A DNA stretch of 64,000 nucleotides. Origin: a virus (Duplodnaviria; Caudoviricetes). Of the stretch, positions 1 to 9,482 are shown one piece after another. The position numbers and the translations under genes were made by a program. The stretch's first letter is position 1; every line of letters starts with the position of its first letter. Location: positions 46,556-110,555 of the IMG/VR virus record IMGVR_UViG_3300012020_000003; one strand, written 5' to 3'. The notes beneath the pieces are model-generated. The model worked only from the letters and a program-made list of their open reading frames with translations. It was not told the DNA's origin and searched no databases.

Positions 1-12
1 TATTTTATTTTT

Positions 13-40
13 AAGGCCCGTAGCAATACTGGCCTTTTTT
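13..40 (+). terminator. Rho-independent terminator of the upstream gene
   Basis: AAGGCC-C-GTA-GCAA-TAC-T-GGCCTT stem-loop with a GCAA tetraloop, followed by a T run. Confidence 0.75.
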
Positions 41-101
41 GTTAATGATTTGTTAATGGTGTCAAAAAAAGTGAATGGTATTTAAAATACCGTTATCTTT
101 G
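40..101 (+). promoter_or_regulatory. Bacteroidota-type promoter with upstream direct-repeat box
   Basis: TGTTAA at 40-45 and 51-56, 37-nt gap, TATCTTTG at 94-101; same layout recurs across the window. Confidence 0.75.
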
Positions 102-130
102 TTAGGTAATTAAAAATAAAATAAACGAAT

Positions 131-1303
131 ATGATTTACTTAATGACAGTTGCAAATGTTGACAGCCTTGAAGGAGCTGTGGTAACAAGATTAGATGGTA
201 CAGAAGTTCCATTCATAATCACCGATACCAAACATTGGGCGTATTTTATTGAAGTAGAAGGATCCGAATTTAAGGTTAGGCCTTATGCTATTGTTTCGGC
301 CTATCAGGGCGGCACCAAACTAAGACTTGATACCACTTCTACAAAAATACGCCAGATGACCAATGAAAAAATCGCCGAGATGACTTCCATTAAAACACGT
401 GATGTTGACAATAATGAAGAAGAATTGACTGAAATTGATTTGGATATCATACCAACATATCTTAAAGATATTACTTGGGATCCTAAAATGTTCGAGCCAA
501 ATCTTACCGGTACATTCTTAGATAAGTTTGTTTCAACAAAAGGTGGATGGCTGCCAGCTACTAATATTATGGTCACCGGAGATCCAGGTATTGGAAAGTC
601 TAGTAATATGATAGAGACACTTGTTAGAGTTAAAGCAACCAATCCTAATAAAACTGTTGCATATATTTCGGCTGAAATGGAAGCTGAAGATTTCGAAGAA
701 TTTAAACAATTTTATCCTGGGTTGGATGAGATTCCAATATTGTTTTTAGGTGAATATTTACACGAAGATAAATATCCGATTTGGCAGGTAGTTTCCAGTT
801 TTTTAAATACTGGTTATGATTTAGTGGTTTTGGATTCAATGATTGAAATTCAAATGATGATACAAGAAGAGTTGAGCTTACCGCAAAAGAAGGGTGAAGC
901 CCACATGTTAAAATTGATGAGAAGACATAATAAAGGTTTTAATAAAAGCAATTCATATACATGTTTCCTTTGTATTCAGCAAAAAAATAAATCAGGTCAG
1001 TATGTTGGATCTAAAAGGTTAGAGCATATGACAACTGCCTTTCTGCAATTTTTATGGGATCCAAAAGAAAAAGGTAAACGATATATGATTTTTGAAAAGA
1101 ACCGTAAAGGTTCAGTTAAAAATCGTTTATATTATTCTTTTGCCCCAACTGGAATTGAATATGATGAAAAACGGTATGCACAAGAGAAAGAACTGTTTGA
1201 ATTGACTGGTATAACTGGCAAGGACGCAGATGAAATTGCAGAATTAGGCCTAGCAGAATTTGAAGCCATGTTTAAGGCTCCAAAGAAAGACATAACTGAT
1301 TAA
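131..1303 (+). CDS. RecA-superfamily ATPase (RadA/Sms- or KaiC-like)
   Basis: Walker A GDPGIGKS, YISAEM, Walker B LVVLDS, GSKRLEHM and KNR arginine-finger motifs. Confidence 0.7.
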   Translation: MIYLMTVANVDSLEGAVVTRLDGTEVPFIITDTKHWAYFIEVEGSEFKVRPYAIVSAYQGGTKLRLDTTSTKIRQMTNEKIAEMTSIKTRDVDNNEEELTEIDLDIIPTYLKDITWDPKMFEPNLTGTFLDKFVSTKGGWLPATNIMVTGDPGIGKSSNMIETLVRVKATNPNKTVAYISAEMEAEDFEEFKQFYPGLDEIPILFLGEYLHEDKYPIWQVVSSFLNTGYDLVVLDSMIEIQMMIQEELSLPQKKGEAHMLKLMRRHNKGFNKSNSYTCFLCIQQKNKSGQYVGSKRLEHMTTAFLQFLWDPKEKGKRYMIFEKNRKGSVKNRLYYSFAPTGIEYDEKRYAQEKELFELTGITGKDADEIAELGLAEFEAMFKAPKKDITD

Positions 1304-1315
1304 TCGGAATTATTA

Positions 1316-1362
1316 GAATTAAAGTAGCACAGCATCGAGATATACTACTTTAATTCGTTTTT
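1316..1362 (+). terminator. Stem-loop terminator
   Basis: Perfect 12-bp stem GAATTAAAGTAG/CTACTTTAATTC followed by GTTTTT just after the ATPase stop. Confidence 0.6.
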
Positions 1363-1504
1363 AATACAAATACATTAATAAATTATTTAACACCATTAAA
1401 AACGAAATATGGACGCCGTAATTAATTTTTCAATAATGTTAGTTGTTACGATGATGACTTTGGTAACATTAGTTAACATTTTAATAAAAGAATAAAATTT
1501 ATTT

Positions 1505-1795
1505 ATGAATTCATATCCACATCCACACGATATAAAAGAAAACTACCGTGTCTTAGCATATATTACTTCGGCTCCAATAACAAGCTCAAGTCTTGCTCGA
1601 GTTCACAGAGTCAAACGTTTAAGTGACAATTTACGAATTGAGCGTGGCGAAATCGTATTGTTTGGTAATGAACGATGCCGAGTTATTAGATTCGTTGAAT
1701 TCCCTGATGATTTAGGGGTCGAACTTAAAGTATTGAATAAACTTAATACTATTATTGATGCACATTGCTCACAACTAACTGAATTCATACCATGA
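1505..1795 (+). CDS. Hypothetical protein
   Basis: ORF with A-rich leader; ATGA overlap with next ORF. Confidence 0.55.
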   Translation: MNSYPHPHDIKENYRVLAYITSAPITSSSLARVHRVKRLSDNLRIERGEIVLFGNERCRVIRFVEFPDDLGVELKVLNKLNTIIDAHCSQLTEFIP

Positions 1796-2064
1796 CGCCA
1801 TATTTAGAAATTACAGAGACGGAAATGTTAGATATCATTGATAAATGCAATGACAATGAAAATGCATATAAAGAATGCATCACTATATTATACGGATCGT
1901 TTTATCATCTAACATTATTTGGTTCTACTAATAAATTGATACTCGGTTCCATGATATATAATCGGATAATTTTGAATAATAACAGAAGATTTGAAATGGC
2001 CATAGCCAAACCAAGTTCATCTATATTATCCGATTTTAATAAAATACCATTATGCCGAATTTAA
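1792..2064 (+). CDS. Hypothetical protein
   Basis: ORF translationally coupled to the previous gene. Confidence 0.55.
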   Translation: MTPYLEITETEMLDIIDKCNDNENAYKECITILYGSFYHLTLFGSTNKLILGSMIYNRIILNNNRRFEMAIAKPSSSILSDFNKIPLCRI

Positions 2065-2085
2065 ATTAAACAATGCCCCTGTATT

Positions 2086-3426
2086 ATGATAAATGTAATA
2101 AGTGAGATTCTTCAGGAAATAAATCAAGAAAACGGATCAAATTGGAAGTTGTCCGTTCTTAAAAAATACAAAGACAATGATCTATTAAAGCGTGTCTTGA
2201 AAATGACTTATGATCGTGTAACCTTTACATATGGTATCAAGAAATTGTTAACACCTGATCAAGCTAATGGATTAGTTGACTTGACAACATTTTTAAATTT
2301 TATTGAACGAAATATTGTGTCACGGGAAGTTACCGGACACAGTGCGTTGAATTTACTTAAAACCCAAATGAATTTATTATCCAAATCCGATCAATTGATC
2401 GCTCGTGGAATTCTAAACCGTGACCTTAGACTAAACTTGGGTCGAACAACTATTAATAAGGTTTGGCCCGATTTAATTGTAAAGCCACCTTACATGAGAT
2501 GCGGAGTCTACTCAGAGAAGACAGCATCCAAAATAAACTTTCCGGCGATAATAGAACTTAAAGCAGATGGTACATTCCGCTATGTTATTAAAGAAGATGA
2601 TAAGATAACATTTATGACTAGGTCTGGAGAAGAATCAACTTATCCAATATTGGAAGCCGAATTTAAAAATGATATATTCTTAAATGGTGTATATGTCGGC
2701 GAAATGTTAATTGCTAACTGTGAAACCAGACAAAAATCTAACGGGTTGATTAATTCAGACAATCCTCCGCATGATGATATTATTTTACAATTATGGGATT
2801 TTATAGAACTTGAAGAATTTGCAGATGCAAAGCATCAAAGATCTATTTCCAGAACTCCGTACTCAACAAGATTTACCACATTATGCGGCATGCTGTATGA
2901 TTATTCCGGAGTTAATTTACAATCGCATGTTTCGGAAATTCCAAATAGAATTGTTAATAACATTCAAGAAGCATTAACGATTTGCTCACAATGGATGAAC
3001 GAAGGATTCGAAGGGGCTGTTCTGAAAGACATTAATAATGTATTCAAGGACCACACTTCCCCGACGCAATTGAAATTGAAATTGGAAATTGATGCCGATG
3101 TAAGAATAACTGGATTTTCTGAAGGAACTCCTGGAACAAAACGAGAGAAGACATTTGGTGCCATAATGTATGAAAACGATGAAGGTACAGTTAAAGGTCA
3201 ATGTTCAGGATTTACTGACCAGCAGTTGGAAGATTTCAATTCTAAAAGAGCTGAATTAATTGGCAAGGTTATGACTGTTCAGTTTAATGATCTAACAAGA
3301 GCTAGAAACTCTGAGACATACGCATTAAATCATCCAAGGTTTATTGAGCTTAGAAATGACAAAGACGAAACGGATAGTTTGGAAAGACTATTTGAATTGA
3401 AAAACATGGCAATGCAATTGATATGA
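2086..3426 (+). CDS. lig: ATP-dependent DNA ligase (T4 gp30-like)
   Basis: Motif I ELKADG, motif III GE, IIIa WDF, IV EGAVLK, V KLK and C-terminal OB-fold HPRF..LR.DK. Confidence 0.93.
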   Translation: MINVISEILQEINQENGSNWKLSVLKKYKDNDLLKRVLKMTYDRVTFTYGIKKLLTPDQANGLVDLTTFLNFIERNIVSREVTGHSALNLLKTQMNLLSKSDQLIARGILNRDLRLNLGRTTINKVWPDLIVKPPYMRCGVYSEKTASKINFPAIIELKADGTFRYVIKEDDKITFMTRSGEESTYPILEAEFKNDIFLNGVYVGEMLIANCETRQKSNGLINSDNPPHDDIILQLWDFIELEEFADAKHQRSISRTPYSTRFTTLCGMLYDYSGVNLQSHVSEIPNRIVNNIQEALTICSQWMNEGFEGAVLKDINNVFKDHTSPTQLKLKLEIDADVRITGFSEGTPGTKREKTFGAIMYENDEGTVKGQCSGFTDQQLEDFNSKRAELIGKVMTVQFNDLTRARNSETYALNHPRFIELRNDKDETDSLERLFELKNMAMQLI

Positions 3427-3582
3427 CAGATACATTTACAGAGTCTGAAGTAATTGTATTGATGACCAGGGCATTTAATTTAGGATTTAACAAATATGAA
3501 GTCGTAGATGCTGGTCTAGAAGGTCGTGAAACTGATACTGAAATTCGATGGATTTTAGAACTTTATAAACGTAAACGCACTA

Positions 3583-3996
3583 ATGAAAACCCATCATAAC
3601 GAATCACATAATCTAATAGAAGATTTAAAACAGTATTTCGAAACCACTCCAAGGGAAAAGGTTTTAGAAAATTGGGCAAAGTCTGAATCTTTTGATGAGA
3701 TTGGACCAACAATGGATGAGTTTCTCAACGTTACAAATTCTAACAATGTAAAGGATAGATGGGATGTGCAATTAATTTTAAACGAAGGTTATGATTTAAT
3801 TGGAGTTTCATTAATAATGGGATATGATACCTATGTATTTTCTAATCCTACAGATGCTCGAATCTGTTATGAAAAGTTAGAAATTGAAACAGAGAAGTTA
3901 TCCGGATGGTTTTATGATCTTCCTGGGTGGGCTGAAACTTGTAAGTGGTATAAGAATGAATTTAATACTGATCCAATGCCTTTAATATTAATATAA
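3583..3996 (+). CDS. Hypothetical protein
   Basis: ORF within operon. Confidence 0.6.
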   Translation: MKTHHNESHNLIEDLKQYFETTPREKVLENWAKSESFDEIGPTMDEFLNVTNSNNVKDRWDVQLILNEGYDLIGVSLIMGYDTYVFSNPTDARICYEKLEIETEKLSGWFYDLPGWAETCKWYKNEFNTDPMPLILI

Positions 3997-4328
3997 TGAC
4001 AAAGGAATTTATAATATGTGCCGCCAACTATTATAATGATGGCGAAAAATATGTACACCGACCTATTAATATTGAGTATGGATATATAATCTGTGGCAGG
4101 AGACATCATAATTGTATGGTCACCTTGACTCAGATAGTAGGATTTCCATATAATGAACGGGCTTTAGAAATAAAACAAACGGAAGTCCAAGGGTTCTTAA
4201 CCAATACAAATAGGTTTGTAGATAGAAAAGAAGCCTATAAGATAGCTTTTGATGCCAATCAAATAATTGGACCTAATAAAGGGATTCCAGAAAACGACAT
4301 TGGATTAACCAGTGAAGATTTATATTAA
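3996..4328 (+). CDS. Conserved phage hypothetical protein
   Basis: ICAA..., CGRRHHNC, QGFLTNTNRFVDRKEA and LTSEDLY motifs resemble a common small phage family. Confidence 0.65.
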   Translation: MTKEFIICAANYYNDGEKYVHRPINIEYGYIICGRRHHNCMVTLTQIVGFPYNERALEIKQTEVQGFLTNTNRFVDRKEAYKIAFDANQIIGPNKGIPENDIGLTSEDLY

Positions 4329-4380
4329 CAAAAATTTAACATTAATAATTTGAATATTTGATTTACATACCGTATCTTTG
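4325..4380 (+). promoter_or_regulatory. Promoter with reversed direct-repeat box
   Basis: TTAACA at 4325 and 4336, TATCTTTG at 4373-4380, upstream of ORF 4408. Confidence 0.6.
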
Positions 4381-4407
4381 TATTGTAAATAAAAATAAAT
4401 AAATAAT

Positions 4408-4656
4408 ATGTCACTTCAAGAACAAATCAACAAATTAGATGCTTTAATAGCAACTAGAACACAAGTCTTACAAGCGTATAAAGATGCTAAATTAATTGGC
4501 AACAAATCCATGATGGAAATATGCAAAAACCAACTTGTTCAAATTCAAGAAGCTCCAGCCGAAAAGGTAAAGTTACTAAATAAATTTGAACAACGAATCC
4601 AGCATGCTGGAGCTAGAATGGAATTTGGCGGATTTACAATTACAGAAACCTTTTAA
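4408..4656 (+). CDS. Hypothetical protein
   Basis: First ORF after the promoter; A-rich leader. Confidence 0.6.
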   Translation: MSLQEQINKLDALIATRTQVLQAYKDAKLIGNKSMMEICKNQLVQIQEAPAEKVKLLNKFEQRIQHAGARMEFGGFTITETF

Positions 4657-4666
4657 AAATAATATC

Positions 4667-4996
4667 ATGGGATTTATAAATAGATTAAGAGACAAACTTG
4701 GCAGATTCATAAGTTCAAACGAACTTGACATAACACCTATACCACCTATAGAACAGGCTGTCGCGGATGCTTCAAGCGCTCTAACTCCTGAATTAGTAAC
4801 ATCGATTCAGACTAAAATTTTCATCAATGATCAAGAAATTGATTTAACGAATTTAACGGAAGATGATGCTTTGGTATTATTACATTTTGGAATTTTACGT
4901 CCTGAACATTTCAGGGCGATTCAGCAAATGGAAGGATGGGATCAAAATTCTAATGGTGAATACGATGAGTATGACGAAGACGAAGACGACGATTAA
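4667..4996 (+). CDS. Hypothetical protein with acidic C-terminus
   Basis: Likely start MGFINRLRD; ends in EYDEYDEDEDDD. Confidence 0.6.
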   Translation: MGFINRLRDKLGRFISSNELDITPIPPIEQAVADASSALTPELVTSIQTKIFINDQEIDLTNLTEDDALVLLHFGILRPEHFRAIQQMEGWDQNSNGEYDEYDEDEDDD

Positions 4997-5021
4997 TAAG
5001 TAAACAATTAAATTTTTTATA

Positions 5022-5546
5022 ATGAGAACATTTATTTTCTTTATTGCATTTGCCTTTATGGCCATTACTTTACCTGCTCAAAATTGTGACCAAATTATTG
5101 AAGAAAATCTTCAACTGCGGCAAGTAAATTATGAACTGGTAAGTGATTATAACCACTTGGTGAGAACTGAATCAAAACAAAACGATTCGATGTTAGTTTT
5201 ACTGAACACCTTGAATGATAAGTTTAACCGAGAGCCGTCGGAATTCAACCTAGGTTTTGGTGTAGCATATCATCAAACTAATGTTATTGATTTTTCGGCT
5301 TCCATTTATATCAGTCAGAATTATTTGAATTTTGGATATATTACGGATAAACGTTTTAAATTCGGAATAGGCCAGGTATTCACAAACAGATGGGCAGCAG
5401 ATATAAATATAACATTGCCAGCATCAGACAGTGCTCCAGCAGCATTTCAAACTAATATACGATACCGGGTTGTTGATAATTTGCAAGTTTCCTTAGGTAC
5501 TGACACCAAGTCAGGATATACAGTTGGATTAAATTATAATATCTAA
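5022..5546 (+). CDS. Exported protein with coiled coil and putative outer-membrane beta-barrel
   Basis: Signal peptide (MRTFIFFIAFAFMAITLPAQ), heptad segment, alternating amphipathic beta strands ending GYTVGLNYNI. Confidence 0.55.
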   Translation: MRTFIFFIAFAFMAITLPAQNCDQIIEENLQLRQVNYELVSDYNHLVRTESKQNDSMLVLLNTLNDKFNREPSEFNLGFGVAYHQTNVIDFSASIYISQNYLNFGYITDKRFKFGIGQVFTNRWAADINITLPASDSAPAAFQTNIRYRVVDNLQVSLGTDTKSGYTVGLNYNI

Positions 5547-5550
5547 TTGT

Positions 5551-5715
5551 ATGAATAGGTTAGAAGAATTTCTTGAAGAGATAAAGGAGTTATCAGATAT
5601 CGACACGATAAACGATGCCCAAGAGATGCAAGATAGGTTAGAAGATATTCATGACCTAGTTGAAAATTTCATGGTTGACATTTTTGATATTGGTACAACT
5701 GATGAAGACGAGTAG
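5551..5715 (+). CDS. Small highly acidic protein (54 aa), absent from the ORF track
   Basis: Translated by hand: MNRLEEFLEEIKELSDIDTINDAQEMQDRLEDIHDLVENFMVDIFDIGTTDEDE; fills the gap between genes. Confidence 0.65.
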   Translation: MNRLEEFLEEIKELSDIDTINDAQEMQDRLEDIHDLVENFMVDIFDIGTTDEDE

Positions 5716-5888
5716 AGTCGTTTATATTCCTAGATTTACTGGAACTGAATGGGTGCCGTGGCAAACTGTCAGGCCAACCCCGGAACAATTTGACAAATGG
5801 AATTCACATCCAAGATTAGATTATAATAATATTTTTACGGATGTGAATTCCTGCCAAACTTTTATTGATACAACATATAATATTCCAA

Positions 5889-6719
5889 ATGGCAAAAATT
5901 AATACCAATAAACTTTTAATATCTGAGATTTTTTATTCAGTTCAATGCGAAGGACTTTCGACTGGTATTCCGTCAGTATTTATTCGGTTAACAAACTGCA
6001 ATTTATCTTGTGGGTTTTCACCTAAGTTTGTCAATGATTTTAAAAAATCCGAAACACAGACGGCTGCCGGAGATATTGTTGGTGATTTAATGTTGGGTGA
6101 TAAAGCCACTTGGTGCTGCGACACAATGCCAGTCTGGATCAAGGGTAAGGAATGGGATTTTCAAGAAGTAATTGATTGGTTTAAAGAGCAAGGAATTTAT
6201 GATGATATTCTCGGTGGATTAATTCATATTATTTGGACGGGTGGAGAACCAACAATACCGGCTCACCAAGAATCGATTGAAAATTTTACTAGATATTGGG
6301 CGTTAAACACCAATGAAAATCTTAGATCAGTTTTTTATGAAATTGAGACCAATGGGACTATTTCATTCGATGCTATATTTGAGCTTATTGATCAGGTTAA
6401 CTGTTCTCCAAAATTATCAAATTCTGGAATGCCACCCGTCCAACGTTTAAGACCTGAAGTCATAAATTCTATTATGACTCATCCCAATTATCAATTTAAG
6501 TTCGTAATATCAACCGAAGACGACATTTTCGAAATGTTCGACACATACATAAATCCATTAAATATACCACTTAATAGGGTGGTGTGTATGCCAGGATTAG
6601 ATTCACAAGAAAATTTCCATGAACGAACCAGATGGGTTTTAGAAATGGCGAAAAAATATAAATTTATCGGAATGTCTAGGTTGCATATCTCGGCTTGGGA
6701 TAAGACAACTGGAGTTTAA
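5889..6719 (+). CDS. queE: 7-carboxy-7-deazaguanine synthase (radical SAM)
   Basis: EIFYSVQCEG..G.PSVFIRL, CNLSC...CDT with a long insert, TGGEP, ETNG and SPKL motifs. Confidence 0.88.
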   Translation: MAKINTNKLLISEIFYSVQCEGLSTGIPSVFIRLTNCNLSCGFSPKFVNDFKKSETQTAAGDIVGDLMLGDKATWCCDTMPVWIKGKEWDFQEVIDWFKEQGIYDDILGGLIHIIWTGGEPTIPAHQESIENFTRYWALNTNENLRSVFYEIETNGTISFDAIFELIDQVNCSPKLSNSGMPPVQRLRPEVINSIMTHPNYQFKFVISTEDDIFEMFDTYINPLNIPLNRVVCMPGLDSQENFHERTRWVLEMAKKYKFIGMSRLHISAWDKTTGV

Positions 6720-6739
6720 TTACTGTTAAAAATAATATA

Positions 6740-6949
6740 ATGAACATACATATTTTTAATATTTTAATATTAATTTTTGGATATTTACTTATCCGTTTTG
6801 TAATCTGCAAGGATGATTTTAAAGAATCTAGTTCATCAATGTATGGACCCACGATAGATTTGGGAGGATGTCTTGGTTATACCGTAATGCTAATCTGGAC
6901 ATTTATATTTCTAATTGTGTTTTATGTATTTGATTTGAACTTATTATAA
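6740..6949 (+). CDS. Small membrane protein
   Basis: Two hydrophobic segments. Confidence 0.55.
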   Translation: MNIHIFNILILIFGYLLIRFVICKDDFKESSSSMYGPTIDLGGCLGYTVMLIWTFIFLIVFYVFDLNLL

Positions 6950-6985
6950 TTCTAATAAAATTAATAACAAAAACAATTTATTAAA

Positions 6986-7195
6986 ATGAATTCTGAAATT
7001 TTTTGGAAATATGTTGGTATTATCCTTATGGTTGTATGGATATCATATCAAATATTAATGCCAATTTTAAAATGGTTTGGAATCATCACTGTTTCCTGGT
7101 GGGTATGTTTTATACCATTGTTCATAGTAATCTTATTTTTTGCTTGGTTTGGGTTCTCATTCATCTCAGGCGGAGGAATACGTTATAATATGTAA
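6986..7195 (+). CDS. Small membrane protein
   Basis: Two hydrophobic segments, KWFGIITVSWWV motif. Confidence 0.6.
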   Translation: MNSEIFWKYVGIILMVVWISYQILMPILKWFGIITVSWWVCFIPLFIVILFFAWFGFSFISGGGIRYNM

Positions 7196-7198
7196 GCC

Positions 7199-8110
7199 AT
7201 GCACCATACAATAACGAAATATCCAGATGGGTTTGTTTATGCAGAGATACCTGATTCGATTACTAAGGAAACGGTATTTAGAATAAATAGTCCAGAAGAG
7301 CTATGGCATCTTAATCATTTTGTCGATGCGTATCAAGCAAAACATAAAACTCGTCCATCTAGACGAGCTCGTCCAACTATTATTATTCCAAATCTTCCCG
7401 ATGCTCAAGCTGATAGGAGATTTAAACCTAACCAATCGTATGGGTTGAAATTAGTTGGAAATTTTCTAAATAATATGAAAGCGAATTTCAAAATTTTTCA
7501 TCCACATAACCAAGAAGCTGTAACAGCCTTGATGAAAAATGTAGAAATTATTGATAACAGTGCTTTCATATCTAATGTTTTTGATTCCTTATATAATTGG
7601 GGATCTGTAAGAACAGGGTTTCCTAGAAGGTTTGGCAAAATAGATAGCATTAGTGATACAATAGTTGACGAATTAATTTTAATGTCTTCTGATGCTGGCG
7701 GATTCAAACCGTTAATGAAACTTTGTGACACACTTAGGTGGAACGGAGAAACATTTTCGGCTACGAAATCTAGAAGTTGGAATGAAGTAGATGGTACAAA
7801 ATTTGTTCAACAAATTGATCGAACTGATTTTGGTGGCAAGCATATCCTAATAATTGATGACATCTGTATATACGGTGGGACTTTCAAGGGATTATCTAAA
7901 ATGCTCAAAGAAAGAAATTGCGGCAAGTTATATTTGGCAGTTTCTCATATGACTGTGCAAAATTTGGGTGTAGATCCGGTGACCAACTATTTTGACAAAA
8001 TATTCACCACGAATAGTAAATATGACAAATATTTCTGTGATCAAGCAACTGACGGGTTTATAGGGAAAACCATACCAGAAAATTTAAAAATTATAAAAAT
8101 ATTCAAATGA
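7199..8110 (+). CDS. prs: Ribose-phosphate pyrophosphokinase-like protein (possible ADPR-PP synthetase)
   Basis: YPDG, AQADRRF, HPH, SDAGG and PRPP loop IIDDICIYGGT; adjacent to a NAMPT-like gene. Confidence 0.85.
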   Translation: MHHTITKYPDGFVYAEIPDSITKETVFRINSPEELWHLNHFVDAYQAKHKTRPSRRARPTIIIPNLPDAQADRRFKPNQSYGLKLVGNFLNNMKANFKIFHPHNQEAVTALMKNVEIIDNSAFISNVFDSLYNWGSVRTGFPRRFGKIDSISDTIVDELILMSSDAGGFKPLMKLCDTLRWNGETFSATKSRSWNEVDGTKFVQQIDRTDFGGKHILIIDDICIYGGTFKGLSKMLKERNCGKLYLAVSHMTVQNLGVDPVTNYFDKIFTTNSKYDKYFCDQATDGFIGKTIPENLKIIKIFK

Positions 8111-8340
8111 ATTTGCGTAAATTAAATAAAATGTTCAGGATTAATCCATTATATGAAGCTGATGGATATAAACCTGGGCATAAAGACATGTTAGCGCCTA
8201 ATACCACCAGACTTTACGGAACTTGGATTCCAAGAAGTCTAAAATACATGGATAAGAATATAACTAAAATTATGCCACAAGAGGTCATGAAAATTGAATG
8301 GACCAGAAACGAGCTGCAGGCAATTGTCTCTAGTAATTGA
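8107..8340 (+). pseudogene. Internally deleted nicotinamide phosphoribosyltransferase-like gene
   Basis: N-terminal NPL..ADGYK.GH...Y..W.PRS motif of NAMPT/NadV, but only 77 aa in total. Confidence 0.75.
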
Positions 8341-8350
8341 CAAGGTTGAA

Positions 8351-9409
8351 ATGAGTAAAGAACCTATATTTAATTCAACGATTGCCGCCGAATTATTAGA
8401 TAAAAAATTAGTTCGACGACAAACCCACCCAGAATTGCCATTAACAATTTGGAATTATACCCAACAAGCTCAGTTTGAGAAAGCTTGGGATGAATATCCG
8501 ATTCTATTACAGTTGCGTGGCCTAGTTACTGATAATGAATTCAATATAGTAGCCAGGCCATTCAAAAAGTTCTTCAATATTGAAGAAAACCGACATATAC
8601 CAACTAATGGATATGATGTCTATGCGAAAATGGATGGATCATTGGGTATCATATTCAATTATGCGGGAAAATGGCATTGTGCTACTCGTGGATCGTTCAC
8701 TTCTGACCAAGCAATTAAAGGATCCGAATTGATGCAGCCATATTTAATGGATTTTGATGATACCTGCACCTATTTATGTGAAATCATTTATAAAAACAAC
8801 CAGGTTGTTATTAGGTATCCGTTCGAAGACATTATTCTCCTTGGGGTGATTCATAAAACTGGACTTGAATTAGAGCCACATTCATGCATGCAGCATTCAC
8901 TGATTAGAAAATGTCCAAAACTCAGATCAAATAAAACTTATTATAACAGCAGCACACCATTAGAATCTTTAAAGAATCATATACCAGACGATGAAGAAGG
9001 ATATGTCGTTAAATTTAAAAATGGAGATCGTTGTAAAATTAAAGGGGCAAATTATCTACGGTTACATCGAATTTTAACTAATATCACGTCATATTCAATC
9101 TGGAATACTGTTAATGATCCTGAATCATTTAGCAGAATATTAGAAAATATCCCAGATGAAATGTTTGATCCGATATCTATATTTTATACGGCGTTAATAG
9201 AAGCATTTGAAGCCCGACGGTATTATTTTCATACACTTGCAGAAGACCTTCGTATGAAATATGGTAATGATATGAAAATTATGGCATCCGTAGTTAAAAC
9301 AACTTATAAAAATGAGTCAGCCATGGTTTTTGCTGCGCTAAATGGCATGGAAAGTCGGCTGAACGAGCTAATTCACCGAGAAATTAAGCCAAAATATTTT
9401 AAATTTTAG
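8351..9409 (+). CDS. RNA ligase 1 (T4 Rnl1-like)
   Basis: RGLV, ARPFKKFFN, motif I KMDGSL, TRGSF, EGYV and KIK motifs. Confidence 0.9.
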   Translation: MSKEPIFNSTIAAELLDKKLVRRQTHPELPLTIWNYTQQAQFEKAWDEYPILLQLRGLVTDNEFNIVARPFKKFFNIEENRHIPTNGYDVYAKMDGSLGIIFNYAGKWHCATRGSFTSDQAIKGSELMQPYLMDFDDTCTYLCEIIYKNNQVVIRYPFEDIILLGVIHKTGLELEPHSCMQHSLIRKCPKLRSNKTYYNSSTPLESLKNHIPDDEEGYVVKFKNGDRCKIKGANYLRLHRILTNITSYSIWNTVNDPESFSRILENIPDEMFDPISIFYTALIEAFEARRYYFHTLAEDLRMKYGNDMKIMASVVKTTYKNESAMVFAALNGMESRLNELIHREIKPKYFKF

Positions 9410-9469
9410 TTAATTCTTTGTTAAATTGCTCTATATATTTTTCATTTTACGATTTTTGTTGTATATTTG
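9408..9469 (+). promoter_or_regulatory. Promoter with direct-repeat box
   Basis: AGTTAA 9408, TGTTAA 9419, 37-nt gap, TATATTTG 9462-9469. Confidence 0.75.
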
Positions 9470-9482
9470 TTGAAATTAGTTT

